The notes beneath the pieces were generated by a model, which did no database searches, was not told the origin of the DNA, and saw nothing but the letters and a program-made list of their open reading frames with translations. From contig OX597830.1 of assembly GCA_951406725.2 (NCBI GenBank), positions 6,572,001-6,636,000 of the forward strand: a stretch of 64,000 nt of DNA, written 5' to 3'. Shown one piece after another: positions 27,464-41,893 of the stretch. Position numbers and translations under genes: made by a program. This DNA is from Octopus vulgaris (lineage: Eukaryota). The stretch's first letter is position 1. Each line of letters opens with the position of its first letter.

Positions 27464-27790
27464 CAGGATATGGTAAATTTATTCTCTAAATTACACAAAA
27501 ATGAAAATAACACTGTAACCTTATCTTAACAGAAATATTTATCAAAATTGCATTAAAATATCTTGAAATACCAAAGAGTAAATATATTCTATAAAATCGC
27601 CTTTAGCTTCAACCACGGCCTACAAACGACATCGGAATCTTCTCCAACACCCACGTAGAAGGTGCTGTTTTTCTCATAGTCGGTGCCCAGCTCTCCCTAC
27701 TGTACTGTGTAGTCGATGAAATCAGAAACAAACTATGTGCATGTGCGAAATTAGAACTATAAAATGGCGACAATTTACCAATCTCACCCG
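27464..27790 (-). mobile_element. Tc1/mariner-superfamily internal deletion derivative
   Basis: Imperfect TIRs (ta-cagga..ggtaaatt / aatttacc..cccg-ta); minus strand encodes a transposase C-terminus WRRFRCRL*AVVEAKGDF. Confidence 0.65.
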
Positions 27791-28029
27791 TACGTCTGGT
27801 CTTTTAATGGCAATGTGAGGTCTGCAGGTGTGTTTCACTATTGTCAAACCTAATCAGCCGTACATGATTTACTCAGCCAAAACGTGTTTACAACAAATAA
27901 GATGAGGACAAATATCCATCAAATGTAAATAATGTAAATAATTTTGGGCTTGTTTGACATCCTTCCAGATTTCGTTTAAGTAAATTACGAAGAGATATAT
28001 ACCCAACATACAGCCTTGAATATTCCTTA

Positions 28030-28450
28030 ATGGCTTTTCTTGAGCATCAATGGATCAATTCGAACCTTTGGTTTCTTCTCACCAGAAAAGTTTTAATGCA
28101 GGGCTGTAATTTTTCAACCGACTTTTTGCAAAACGATCGTGTGGCCAATATTGTCAATATTATAGGGAATTCGAGCCCTGAATTCTCGTCCTCGCCATTG
28201 AGAATATTTTCAAATATTGTTGTGGCCTGGAGTCTTCACCAGATCGAAAACCATACCTGCTCGAATTTTGGACTTTGTCGCTCTTCAGCAAGTCCGTTCT
28301 TTTTAATGTCAAGGAATTTAATGATACGAGAGGTAAGGACGATCGATTGATGGTTTACTGTAAATTACCCTTCTGAAAATCTGGACGTCAGATGGAGATA
28401 TATAAACTTCGTCAAGCAATTCTCTTCAGAAATCAAGAGGAAGATGTAAG
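28030..28450 (-). mobile_element. CR1/L2-type LINE reverse transcriptase relic
   Basis: Frameshifted motifs VNHQSIVLTSRIIK, YGFRSG, GHTIVLQK, IKTFLVRRNQR in RT order. Confidence 0.6.
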
Positions 28451-28624
28451 TTGCTGCTGGTTCTTCATAACAGGTGAGGAATTTATCAGGTTGTTCTAGG
28501 TTTAATTTTATTTATTACTGCTGCGCTGTGATTATCGATTTACCGGATGTTATGCAGAGGTCGTCTTCCTTGAAATGTTCTTGCATATGACTTTTAGGGG
28601 TTTTATGCAACGAAAATAATGATT

Positions 28625-28921
28625 TAGGGATCCACAGTAATATTTTAAGTGTGCATTACTTTAGATATATTTATTGCAAAAAAAAAAATTAAAAAAAAGT
28701 CTCAGTTTCTGTAATGTTTAACTTGATTCCAGCCACGGAAATATGTTTACTCACGAAGTGATACGGGAAACCTACACAAGTTAAAGTGGGACGAACAAAA
28801 TAAGAATTTTGAAAGAAGAATCTACAAAACTAGTTTTTGGCCTCGGAATGGTTATGGGTAGGGGTCCACCAGAAATAGTAATTAAAGGGCTTCATATGTA
28901 AAAGATGTTTGAGAATCACTG
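28625..28921. mobile_element. Possible hAT/Charlie-like MITE, right end
   Basis: Ends tttgagaatcactg (CAGTGxTTCTCAA-type TIR) with subterminal ggggtcca motifs; left TIR not found. Confidence 0.3.
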
Positions 28922-28991
28922 GTCTGATTCAATTTTAGTCAGATCGCGAAAAATAGAGCAGGATCCTTTCCGTAAAATCTCACAATCTCAC

Positions 28992-29383
28992 AGGCGCAGG
29001 AGTGGTTGTGTGGTAAGTAGCTTGCTTACCAACCACATGGTTCCGGGTTCAGTCCCACTGCGTGGCATCTTGGGCAAGTGTCTTCTGCTATAGCCCCGGA
29101 CCGACCAATGCCTTGTGAGTGGATTTAGTAGACGGAAACTGAAAGAAGCCTGTCGTATATATGTACATATATATATATGTATGTTTGTGTGTCTGTGTTT
29201 GTCCCCCTAGCATTGCTTGACAACCGATGCTGGTGTGTTTACGTCCCCGTCACTTAGCGGTTCGGCAAAAGAGACCGATAGAATAAGTACTGGGCTTACA
29301 AAGAATAAGTCCTGGGGTTGATTTGCTCGACTAAAAGGCGGTCTCCAAATGACTGAAACAAGTAAAAGAGTAAAAGAGAGTAA
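28992..29383 (+). mobile_element. SINE family A, full-length young copy
   Basis: ggcgcaggagtggttgtgtgg...ggttcagtccc...aagtaaaagagtaaaagag. Confidence 0.93.
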
Positions 29384-29659
29384 ATCCCTTTAACGACATT
29401 CTAGAGAATGCTGCGTTTACTAAGCAACTTGTCAAAGTGGAACGCCTTGGATCAGCCCCTTTTGTTTCTTCTTTTCCTTTTTTTTTTTGAAATTTCTTGA
29501 TAAATGAACAGAATACGTTTCGGCTGTGTTTTCATTCAAAAACACCCTGGATTTCTACACATGGCATCGGTTTCTAGATAATAATTTCCACGCTCTTCTA
29601 AAGTTGATATATTTTGCGATTCGTGCGTTCTTATTGCTGTCCCTTCTTGTAAGTGATAG

Positions 29660-29925
29660 TACTGTTGTTGTTATTGTGTGTGGTGGTGGTAGTAGTAGTA
29701 GTAGTATTAATGGTTGCAGTGGCGATGCTAGTGGTGTTAGTGGGGGATAAAGGTGCTGGCATTGGTGGTTGTGGTGGTTGTGACAATATTTGTGGTGAGG
29801 TGGTGGCAGTGGTGGTGCTTGTGATAATGGTGGTAGTTGTGGTGATGGTGGTGGTAATGGTAGTGAAAGTGATGACGGTATGAGTGGTGGTGAAGTGGTG
29901 GTGGTGGTGGTGGTGGTGGTGGTGT
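29660..29925. repeat. Degenerate (GGT)n/(GTA)n tract
   Basis: Direct reading. Confidence 0.85.
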
Positions 29926-31039
29926 TTTCCATTTAATCTTTTGCTTTTCCATCGTGAGAGCGGGGTTTCTCTCTTGGGTTGCTGCTATTATTTTTTTACG
30001 CTTTTGTTCAAGAGTCGTGTCTTGGTGCGCTTTTAGCATATTTTGGTAATTTTATCTTCTGGCAGCTGCTAAGTATATGTGTGTGTGTATGTGTGTGTGC
30101 GTGTGTGTGTATGTGTGCGTATGTGTGTGAGTGAGTGTTTGCGTGTGTACAACAGACCAGCTGACGGGTGACAGCTCGTGCAGTTGCTCCCTCGATTACT
30201 TTATGCAGATCCTTGTTGTCAAATGAATATGGTAGGGTGGATGGGGTGGATTTAGTCTTGGAATGCTGGAACCTAATATGGTACTGTACCATATTGTGCT
30301 CGGAGACAAGATCTCTGTCGTCTGCGAGCGGCTCCATTATAACAAGACTGGTTACTTAACACTAGATGCGTAGATCCAAAGTTCATTTTTACCCAATTCT
30401 CTCAAAAAAGAACTGTGGAGGAAAATACTTAAAATTAAACATTGTCCCAGTCTGTCATATCGCCTGATTTCCATTTGCTCGCAGAGCAATCCACGTAAAG
30501 AAGACTAAAGTCACCCATCGTAATATGATGACAAAATTACATTTGTAAGGGGTTGGTTTAACTGTAGTAAACTTAGAAGCACAGCAAGGGAATATTGTGC
30601 CGTCTGCAGAGTCCGCTTACCATTAGAAAATAGACAAAATTGTGCAAAGACACAGATTCTCAAAAGTATTTTTAGAAATAAGCGTTTGCTTTTGTACTAA
30701 AATAGTTGCTCCCCATTCGGCAAGCGGTGTCTTACATTCGGCAAGCGGTGTCCATACAAATCGGGATGCGGTGTCCATACAAATCGGGATGCGTGAGACT
30801 TCAGTTAGATTGAAAAATAGATCCTAGTAAGTGTGATCCATAATCAAAGACATTTCATGTAGAATCTCCCATATTTTTCTTTACATCGATGGATGTGTTT
30901 CTTGATGGTTTCGTATAAATGAGGAATATGAGTTGACAGATTGTCTATGTTATTTCTAGGGACTTGAATAAGTTTATGATTTGTAATAGCCACATGGGGT
31001 GCTGATCATGTCCTAAAATGATGAGAGCATGACGTGTTG

Positions 31040-31187
31040 TTAGTTAGAAGTTTGTTTCCAAAACACATTGGTCTTGTTTCAGTTCCACTACATGGAACTT
31101 TGGGCGAATATCTTCTACTATATCCTCCTCGGACCGACCAAAGCCTAGTGAGTGGATTTGGTAGAAAGGAAACTGAAAAAAGCCCGT

Positions 31188-31223
<36 letters not shown>

Positions 31224-31590
31224 GAGTATGTGTAAAATATGAAAGGATGGTTTCATACAAAGAAATACTGGTTCAATACCTAGTATTTTGGGAGAATAAA
31301 TTTCTTTAAAACGATATACATACATATATATATATAACATATAGCTTATATTCATTTTAAAAAAGAAGAAAATGGAGATTGGGAAGTTAATAATTGTTTA
31401 TTATCAATAGCGAATTGGTCATCTTCACCAATTTGCAGTTAATAATGAGCAATTTTCTTTTCTTTATATATATATATATATGTGTGTGGGTGTGTGTGTG
31501 TGTGTGTATGTGTTTATCCCCCACCACCGCTTGATAACTGGTATTGATTCGTTTACGTCCCTGTAACTAAGTGGATTGGCAAAATAACCA
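31040..31590 (+). mobile_element. SINE family A, interrupted in its internal (TA)n by inserts including a small fold-back (31392-31453)
   Basis: 5' half 31040-31190; 3' half 31480-31590. Confidence 0.7.
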
Positions 31591-31646
31591 ATATAACATT
31601 ATTGCTAACATTAAGTTGTTGTTGTTCTTGTTGTTGTTGTTGTTAA

Positions 31647-31712
<66 letters not shown>

Positions 31713-31715
31713 CTA

Positions 31716-31915
31716 AGGCGTTGAGCTGGCAGAATCGTTAGCACGCGGACAGAACGGTCAGTATCAATTCATCTGTCTTCAAGGACACAGTTCAAATTCT
31801 GCTGAGGCAAAATTTACCTCTTATCCCTTTCAGGAACTGATAAAACATGTAACTGAGTCGATGTATTCAACTTCGTTCTTCCCTCAAAATCTGCCAATCT
31901 GTGCAAAACTTTGAA
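31716..31915 (+). mobile_element. SINE family B (diverged) following (ATT)n
   Basis: ggcgttgagctggcagaatcgttagcacg head. Confidence 0.78.
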
Positions 31916-32790
31916 GACATTCTGTAGAGCGTTAGAATGTAATAGCGTGGTAAATTTTACCGTATAAAATAATTGCCAATAAGATATTTGTGAGCCTAGT
32001 AAAGGCGAGATATATGATGCGAGATACATTAATGTAAAATACAGTTGAAGCAATAAACTCTCAATTATAGAAGGTGACGGAATATTAGATACGTAGTGAG
32101 GGGTGGAGGAATTTCGGTGAAGAAACGTCTGCAATAATAGAGAAGAATCATGACTTAATGTAGATAAATATTAGACTGAAGATTTGAAGGAATATATGAA
32201 AATAGGAGGGAGAGAAGATCATGCGCTCATATGTTAGTTCAGGTTGGCAGTGGAATAGAATTTGGTTTGGGAGTGTCATTTTGCCATTCATAAAAACACA
32301 CGCATTGATTCAGTTTCACTTTATTATTAGTCAACGGGTTAAATATCTAACTACATAATCGATCGATTGTTTAACTTCTTGGTTAAACAGTCGTTTATTG
32401 TTTTTAATTTTGCTCGCCAATGTTCATCGTTGCCATTCGCAACCTTTCAAAGGACAGTGTGGTTACAGATCATTTCAAAGGATTCTCTCTCGGAAGACAT
32501 ACGCATTCCCAAACAGAATCTTCCAAAACAAATACAAGAAAGAAGCTGTAAGGTATAAGTGATTTTATCATTAAATAAATTTTTAATGTGATGGTAGATT
32601 TCCGTATGTTGATAGAAATTATAAGTTATAATTGGATAGATTTGTGCTAGCATCTGCGGTTATTCAAATAATTCAAATTTAAAATTTTGGTGTGTGTGTG
32701 TATTTGCGTATGTGAATATATGTTTATGTATATATACGTTATATATATTTATGCATATATACATTTATACACCTATGCATACATGCACCC

Positions 32791-32842
<52 letters not shown>

Positions 32843-33495
32843 GTGTGTGTGAATATATATAAATATATGCACATATATATATATATATACATATGTGCAT
32901 ATTTATATATATATACATTCATTTATCTATGTGTGTGTGTATATATATGTATGCGTGCGTGTGTGTGTGTTTGTGTCTGTGTCTCTGTGTGTATCTGTGT
33001 GTGTGCATGTTATAGCTTGCTTTTACGTTCAGCTAAACTAAAAACAATTTTACATTAATCTTACGGCTTACTCTAAACTTTGGTACTGTACAATTATTTA
33101 TTATTCTTAAACAAGAATAATTTATAGACGCATACATATAAATATATGCATGCATATGTGCGTGCGTGTGTAGTATATATATATATATATATATGTATTT
33201 ATATATATATTTATATTTATAAATATATATATAAATATATAAATATATAAATATATATATATATATGTATATAAGTATATATATCTATATATAAGAAAAG
33301 AGAAGCAGAATATACGAGGGATAAGAAGAATGTCCTACGATAATTTCGTGAATTTAAAATTGTAGAACCCTATATACATAAACACAAAAAATACACAGAA
33401 ACACACAGTAACACGCACATACGTACCCGCGCACACGCACACTCACGCTCGCACACGCACACCACGCGCACAAAGACATATGCATGTCATGTATA

Positions 33496-33545
<50 letters not shown>

Positions 33546-33672
33546 CATGCATATATATATATACAAACATGCATATATATGTATATATATATACATACAA
33601 ATATATATATATATACATACATATATATACACATGCACATATAAATATATATATATATACATATATATAAAC

Positions 33673-33747
<75 letters not shown>

Positions 33748-33867
33748 TTACATACATATATATAGATATAATTATATATATATATATATGCCAAGATATT
33801 TATATATACACGTACATACACATACATATAGATATGCTTGTGTGTGTACAGATATACATATGTATTT

Positions 33868-33934
<67 letters not shown>

Positions 33935-34054
33935 CCACATTACATATTTATTTTTCAAAATGCATACAAAGAGATAAACTAGTACAAAGACGTCTATATG
34001 TAATTTCATCTATATAAATAGAAATACATATATAAATAAATAAATATGAATATA

Positions 34055-34114
<60 letters not shown>

Positions 34115-34326
34115 CAGGGTAGCCCAAAAGTATGTTTACAGTTTTTAGCTATCTCTTTCACATTTATATTCTAACACTTTAGATCTAACCACTATGTTAT
34201 ACTAAATTAGCGAATTTTGTCAAGCTCCCTTATTTTATACGATAAAAATTTAAATGTAATAGAATGATTTAAAGAAAATTTGAAGTCCTTACGTGAGAAC
34301 TGCAAACATACGTTTGGGCAACCCTG
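34115..34326. mobile_element. Tc1/mariner MITE
   Basis: About 29-bp TIRs cagggtagcccaaaagtatgtttacagtt / aactgcaaacatacgtttgggcaaccctg, flanked by TA. Confidence 0.85.
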
Positions 34327-34614
34327 TATATATATACTTATGTATATATACATATACATATATCTGTGTGTGTGTGAGTTTGTGCTAGCGCTTATGTCCT
34401 TTTCCGTCTGTGTAATTGCATGTCATTATACACACTTGAGTATACATAACGATTATATGCATCTACATACATGTACACGCACACACACACATATATTCAT
34501 AAAGAACATATTTATATACGTATGTACGCCTCTATACGGTTGTAGAACTTAACCACCACGCATGTGCATCATAAAATTGACAGCTAAATAGTCATAGAAT
34601 AACATGAATATATA

Positions 34615-34677
<63 letters not shown>

Positions 34678-34759
34678 CTGCACACACACACACGCACATA
34701 TATTTATACAGATTTATCTCAATATATATATATGTTAATATATCTATATATCTATCTAT

Positions 34760-34792
<33 letters not shown>

Positions 34793-34794
34793 GG

Positions 34795-34857
<63 letters not shown>

Positions 34858-34861
34858 CAAC

Positions 34862-35007
<146 letters not shown>

Positions 35008-35101
35008 CTCTATATGTTATTCCAGTAATCACTTGCTTAAGACTACTCTGAATGCAGTTCTCGAGATATCGCAGAATATCGTATAACATTTCTTGTATAA
35101 T

Positions 35102-35146
<45 letters not shown>

Positions 35147-35760
35147 ATGTGTGTTTGTGTGTGTGTAGGTGAGAGAGTTGGTATTAAAGCTCGTGGCTGG
35201 GTGTATAAAAGACAAAAATAGCGTGAAGAAACTATAGAAGACTTGTGTTTTATGGTCAAAGAATATATTTAAATTGTTATGTGAGGGAAATTTTATAAAA
35301 TTTTGTGTAAAGTAACATTGTTTTGGGGGAAACGTATTTTCTTTTCAAATTTCTCAAATTTTTGTTCACCGATTTTGTGTCGTATATATATATGTATACA
35401 TATCTACATGTGTGTGCGTTTGTGTCCGTAAGTGTATGTAAATATGTTATTCTTAATAAAAACAATAAATAATAATGAATGACACTACCAAAATTAATAA
35501 AGTAACATATTTATATACGTATGTACCTCTATAAATGTGCATCATAAAATTGACAGCTAAATATCATAGAATAACATGAATATATATCTATATGTATAAT
35601 AAATCTCTACATTTTTTTCAAGAGGTCATCTGCACACACACAAACACATATATTTATAAGTTATTGTATATATATAATATATTTATATATATATATGGAT
35701 ATATATTATACATAATATAAACTAATTTCAATGAACAATATATATAATTACTTCAACATA

Positions 35761-35837
<77 letters not shown>

Positions 35838-36565
35838 AATTTATTTCATTGAACCGAGTAAACTTGATTTCTAGTATATGTGCGTGTGTGTATGTGTGAG
35901 TACATATATTAATTACCGATATATACATAAGGACGGTGTATAAAAGACAAAATAGCGTGAAGAAACTATAGAAGACTTGGTTATATGGTCAAAGATATAT
36001 TTAAATTGTTATGTGAGGGAAATTTTATAAAATTTTGTGTAAAGTAAATTTCAAATTTTCATTTTTGAATTTTGTGTCGTATATATATATGAAACCGTAA
36101 GTGTATGTAAATATGTTATTCTTAATAAAAACAATAAATAATAATGAATGACACTACCAAAATTAATAAATAAAATAAATCTCTACATTTTTTATCAGCA
36201 AGTTTTGTGGAGCTAAACTGAATTTATTTCATTGAACCGCAAAATCGACTTCGGCAGAATTTAAATTCAGAACATGAAACCGGACGAAGTATCACTAAAC
36301 ATTTTTTCGGCGGGCTAAAAGTTTTCAGCTGGCCCGTATAAAAATGAACTACAATATTAAAGAGCCATTTTGATCAAGTCATCCATTTCCTTCCTGCTTG
36401 TAAATGAGAAATCCTTGTCAACTCCCAGATATTTCTGATAGAAATGGTGAGGCTAAGAATTCCAAACTCTGGAAATCTGATATAAATATAGACACACACA
36501 AATATATAAATATTTACATACACACATATATGTGTGTGTGTGTGTGTGTGTATGTATATATATAC

Positions 36566-36613
<48 letters not shown>

Positions 36614-36634
36614 ATGCATATATATATGTATATG

Positions 36635-36678
<44 letters not shown>

Positions 36679-36721
36679 TATATATATATATACATATATA
36701 ATATATACATATATACATACA

Positions 36722-36764
<43 letters not shown>

Positions 36765-37534
36765 GTATATATATATATGTGCGTGTGTGTATGTGTGAGT
36801 ACATATATTAATTAACGATATATACATAAGGACATGTATCTTAGAGTAAAGCACATTCATTTAAGTCAGCCTGAGCACTGGTACCGAGATGTGACTATCA
36901 ACATTCACGACGGCACCATATGAACTGAGAGTAAATTGTGATGTCAGTGGAAACTATTAGGAATTTCTGACACATCGAATGCTTTCAAAGAGAATAACAA
37001 TTTCCTTGGTTTCCTTAAATGCGGTATAACCTTATATTGCATCAACTCTCCGGATACTCCTAGCAATAATGTTATCGAGCCCGTAGTTGTGAAAGGCAAT
37101 TTTCACGCTAGTAAATATAAACGTAGAATTAGCCTCTCACATTAGTTCATCTGTTGCACTGAGGTAATCTCCTCTGTGTGACAGCACTGGATTGCCTCGA
37201 TCAACGCGGTTTGTCTGGGTCTATGTGGCAACCATAACTGGGAGCAATAGTTCGGGGGACTCTGAAAAGATGTACTCCAATGACAAACATGGTTTCCTTG
37301 TTACTTGTGAACGAACTAAGACCATTGTTGCAATCTTAATAAGATGCACATAAAATGATGCATCCGTTCTTGTGTGGATTCCAAGATTACTCACAGATTG
37401 TGACTGCAAGATTGCCATACCCTAGTAATGTGTATTCTGAATGTTAGGGGTCTGATAGCGGCTAAACTAAGAACGCAATGTAAAAATACAATACCAATTT
37501 GTTTGGCCCTCACGGATTCTGCTTGTTGGCCAAA

Positions 37535-37720
37535 CAATAATATTGGTTCTGTATTTAAGAGATGAGGAATTATGTATATTATTTACAATATTTACATTTG
37601 ACGGGTATTCGTCTTCATCTTGATTGTTGTTAACAGAACGTTTCGGCTGATATACCCTCCAGCCTTCATCAGGTGTGTTGGGGAAAATATTAGATTTAGA
37701 ATCTTTAAAATTCACTCCAT
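37535..37720 (-). mobile_element. PLE-type terminal repeat fragment (related piece at ~27872-27943 on +)
   Basis: Contains a hammerhead motif at 37632-37679. Confidence 0.6.
37632..37679 (-). ncRNA. Minimal type I hammerhead ribozyme motif
   Basis: aacacac-CTGATGA-a-ggctg..cagcc-GAAA-cg-TT-ctgtt; stem I imperfect. Confidence 0.58.
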
Positions 37721-37730
37721 AATTGCCCAA

Positions 37731-37804
37731 GGGCATATGGCGTGGTGGTTAAGAGCGCGGGCTACTAACCCCAAGATTCCCAGTTCGATTTCAGACAGTG
37801 CCCT
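37731..37804 (+). pseudogene. tRNA-like element or tRNA-only SINE with ACT at the anticodon position, followed by (TAA)n
   Basis: GGGCA...TGCCC acceptor-like ends, A-box tggcgtggtgg, loop ct-ACT-aa, B-box gttcgatt; T-stem imperfect. Confidence 0.6.
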
Positions 37805-37862
37805 GAATAATAATAATAATAATTATTATTATTATTATTATATTAATAATAATAATAATATT

Positions 37863-38020
37863 ATAGGCACAAGGCCTGGAATTTCGGTACTTAATTTATC
37901 TACCCCGAAAGAATGAAAGGCAAAGTCGACCTTGGCGGAATTGAACTCAGAAAGCAGTGACGGGCAAAATACTGATAAGCATTTCGTCGAACGCGCTAAC
38001 GATTCTGCCAGCTCGCCGCA
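37863..38020 (-). mobile_element. SINE family B
   Basis: Reverse complement of the family core and head. Confidence 0.85.
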
Positions 38021-38027
38021 TTAAATA

Positions 38028-38058
<31 letters not shown>

Positions 38059-38063
38059 TAATA

Positions 38064-38409
38064 AATGCCCTGATGCAGTACCAGGCAGTGGCTCTCATGG
38101 CTTCTGATCTTAACTGATTGGAAGTGTTATCATGTACATTGTTTTGTCTTGGTATAAAAGATGGGCAACAGCAAATATTCTGCTCAATACCATATATTTG
38201 CTTGTCAGTTGTTTGACCTTAACCAGTTGAGCATGTCCCTTAGTGGCTGACTATATGTGCATCTCTGATCACGAGCAGAAGTAGTGGGGGAGCATCATAG
38301 CCATGTGTTGAGAGGGATTCTTTGGGGTTTGAATAATTCACCTCTGGAAACATGGGTGTTTCATTCAACATCCTTAAACAACCCTTATTCAAGGACCTTT
38401 TGAGCGGGA
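38064..38409 (+). mobile_element. Family D non-coding retroelement, 5' part, directly after (TAA)n
   Basis: Homologous to 50830-51080 and 6720-6768. Confidence 0.75.
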
Positions 38410-38424
38410 CAACAACAACAACAA

Positions 38425-38984
<560 letters not shown>

Positions 38985-39034
38985 GTAGTTGTAATACTGT
39001 AATAGTAACAACACTGATGATAATATAATTGTTT

Positions 39035-39240
39035 CACATTTTTGACACAATGCTAGCAAGTTTTGAAGGTGGAGAAGTCGCTTTCATCGTCTAAAGTACT
39101 TGACTGTTACTTTATGGCATTGATCCCAAAAGGATGATGGCTAAATTTATCTCAGATTTTTAAAAAATTCAGAACGTAAGAAACTGGAAGATATGCCGCT
39201 AAGAATTTTGTCCGACGATCTAACAATTCTGGCAACTCAC
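39035..39240 (-). mobile_element. SINE family B (diverged)
   Basis: gtttcacattttgacacaa...aacaattctggcaactcac. Confidence 0.65.
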
Positions 39241-40625
39241 TATCAAATATAGAAATGAATCATAACGGTGACAATACCAGTGATTATAGGAGCATGATCA
39301 AAACTAAATTATCATATTCTTTCCATGCTCACTTGTCTTAACAGTTACGTCACACGTTTCATTAAAGGAGCAATCTGGTGAGATTCTTTTAATCCTATGA
39401 ATGTATCACATTTTCTTTGCCCTTATTTTTCCAAGAAATGTTTTATTTGATGATATTTCCTTTAGTTTCTAACAACGATAAGGCGAACTATAGAAAGACA
39501 GACATAAAGCGTGGGGGTTTACATATGAGGAAATGATATAAAGAACAAGCAAGTATATACGGTATACATAGGCATTGCATAGAAAGGTTTAAAGAAGGAA
39601 AAAATGTGGCGCGGAAGATGATAGAGATGTGACCCTCCTGATACAGGAAGGTCGCTAGCGATAATCGAGCAACCCCACTGTCCGACTTTTCCCTGAAACC
39701 CCAAGTGTTAGTGCCCTCTCCAATTCCTTCTATCCGACTCACAGGTCTACAATAGCATTATGGTGATGATGATGATGTGGATGCTGATAATGTTAATTAT
39801 TTAGTATGTCGAAATATTTATTAATGTTGTTGTTGTTTTTGTTTTTGTTGTTATATTTATTTAGATTGTTGTTATTCTTTATATTTCATTCATTTCATTC
39901 ATCTTCATCTCTTTCCGTCCCTTCAATCCATTTTAGCCAGTCACTCTTTCATTAATTCTCTCTGTTTCTGTTCCTTTTCCTTCGTTTTGTCATTCACATT
40001 TTTTTCTTATTTTTCCTGTTTTATTTTGAATATTTATTTTCTTACTGTCCTGGATCTGGTAGAAGGGTCAACAACACGAATGGCTTTTATTAGACTCCCA
40101 GCCCTTCATATTATATTTCTTAATTTCCGATTTCTTTCCAAATTCTTTCACTAACTCCTTCCTCATGACTGAATCTATAGTTATTTTATATATTACTTCA
40201 TCTATTCTCCTTCTATCACACGATTAAACAACAACAAAAAACATTAACGCAATGTTATTTTTGTTTATTATTTAGTATATTTATTAATGTTGTTGTTGTT
40301 TTTGTTTTTGTTGTTATATTTATTTAGATTGTTGTTATTCTTTAATAAAATCTATTTCGTTTCATTTGTATTTCACATCTTTCTCCTTTCCTTTCCGCTC
40401 CAACAAGTATATAATATTCCTTCATTATTCTGTCATTACACTTTTCTTCGCAAACGACACACAGTGAGTACGTGTGTATGCATGTGTGTGTCTATTTATA
40501 TTCATATACATGTGAGTCTATATATATTTATACATGAGTTTGTGTGCGCGAATTTATATTCATATGTGTGTGTGTGTGTATGTATGTAGACATAGATAAA
40601 CAGACAGACAGACAGACAAACAGAC

Positions 40626-40692
<67 letters not shown>

Positions 40693-40789
40693 CAGACAGA
40701 TATTTCTATAATATACAGTTTTATCCGTAGATATACATTTACAAACACTCTACATTTAATCATCCATTTTTATATATTATATATGTATG

Positions 40790-40858
<69 letters not shown>

Positions 40859-40974
40859 ATATATATACATATATATATATATAAACGTATATATGTATAT
40901 ATATGTGTGTGTGTTTTCGGGTATACACATCTCTCTGAATCTCCTGCCCCTCTCTCCCTGTAGCTAATAAAGAA

Positions 40975-41021
<47 letters not shown>

Positions 41022-41025
<4 letters not shown>

Positions 41026-41225
41026 GGAGTAAACACATAAATGTGAAACAAGGTGGAAAAAAGAGTACTCAAATACCAGTGGTAGAGTAATATGCTTTAT
41101 TTTAAGCAGCAGAAAAATCAACAAAATCTGTTACTCTGAGTTTCTCGTTGCCGTTCTGTCTGATGAACGGCAACGAGAAACTCAGAGTAACAGATTTTGT
41201 TGATTTTTCTGCTGCTTAAAATAAA

Positions 41226-41226
<1 letters not shown>
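41022..41226 (-). mobile_element. Fold-back element in (TA)n; perfect 62-bp arms 41095-41156 and 41165-41226, tail 41022-41094
   Basis: Arms are exact reverse complements with an 8-nt loop. Confidence 0.9.
41155..41194 (+). ncRNA. Minimal type I hammerhead ribozyme motif
   Basis: tctgt-CTGATGA-a-cg-gcaa-cg-a-GAAA-ctc-a-gag-TA-acaga. Confidence 0.75.
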
Positions 41227-41269
<43 letters not shown>

Positions 41270-41357
41270 GTATATATATATAAATATGTATATATATATG
41301 TATACATACATATATATATATATATACATATATATATGTATACATATAAATATATGT

Positions 41358-41406
<49 letters not shown>

Positions 41407-41810
41407 ATATACGCACACACATATGCATGTATATATACATGTATATATTTATATATATATATATATAATATACGCACACACATATGCATATATTTACACA
41501 TGGTTTTCTTTAGTCGGTTACATCGTTACCTATCAATGTAAACTTTCTCATCTCTTTCTTTCACTTAACTTCAGTTTTTTTCTTACTTTTTCCCTCCGTA
41601 ATCTATCCCCCCAAACACACACCACATTCTTCTATTTGCCGTTGCTGTCACCGCTATTAGTGCTAGTTGCGTTGCCCTGGTCCTTGTTAAATGTTACTCC
41701 TGTTTCTATTCTACTCACCAAAGTCACAAGGAGAGCAACAATAAAGAAATGTATATAAGAGACACAATGGAAAAGCATAAATTACAACAACAACAAGGAT
41801 GATGATGATG

Positions 41811-41879
<69 letters not shown>

Positions 41880-41893
41880 TTAATAATAATAAT

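Noticed and set aside
29555-30039. Pro/His/Gly-rich ORFs
   Set aside because: They derive from a degenerate (GGT)n tract open in several frames; no splice or domain evidence.
30713-30795. 21-23-bp tandem repeats (also a 38-bp direct repeat at 59089-59179)
   Set aside because: Two-copy local slippage duplications with no further structure.
31930-32320. Possible LINE RT relic on the minus strand
   Set aside because: Only a vague resemblance to the GSxLSPxLF region; too decayed to support.
37200-37460. Possible LINE ORF1 Cys/His region followed by ILNVRGL (APE start)
   Set aside because: One short motif plus scattered Cys/His residues; cannot be separated from chance without a search.
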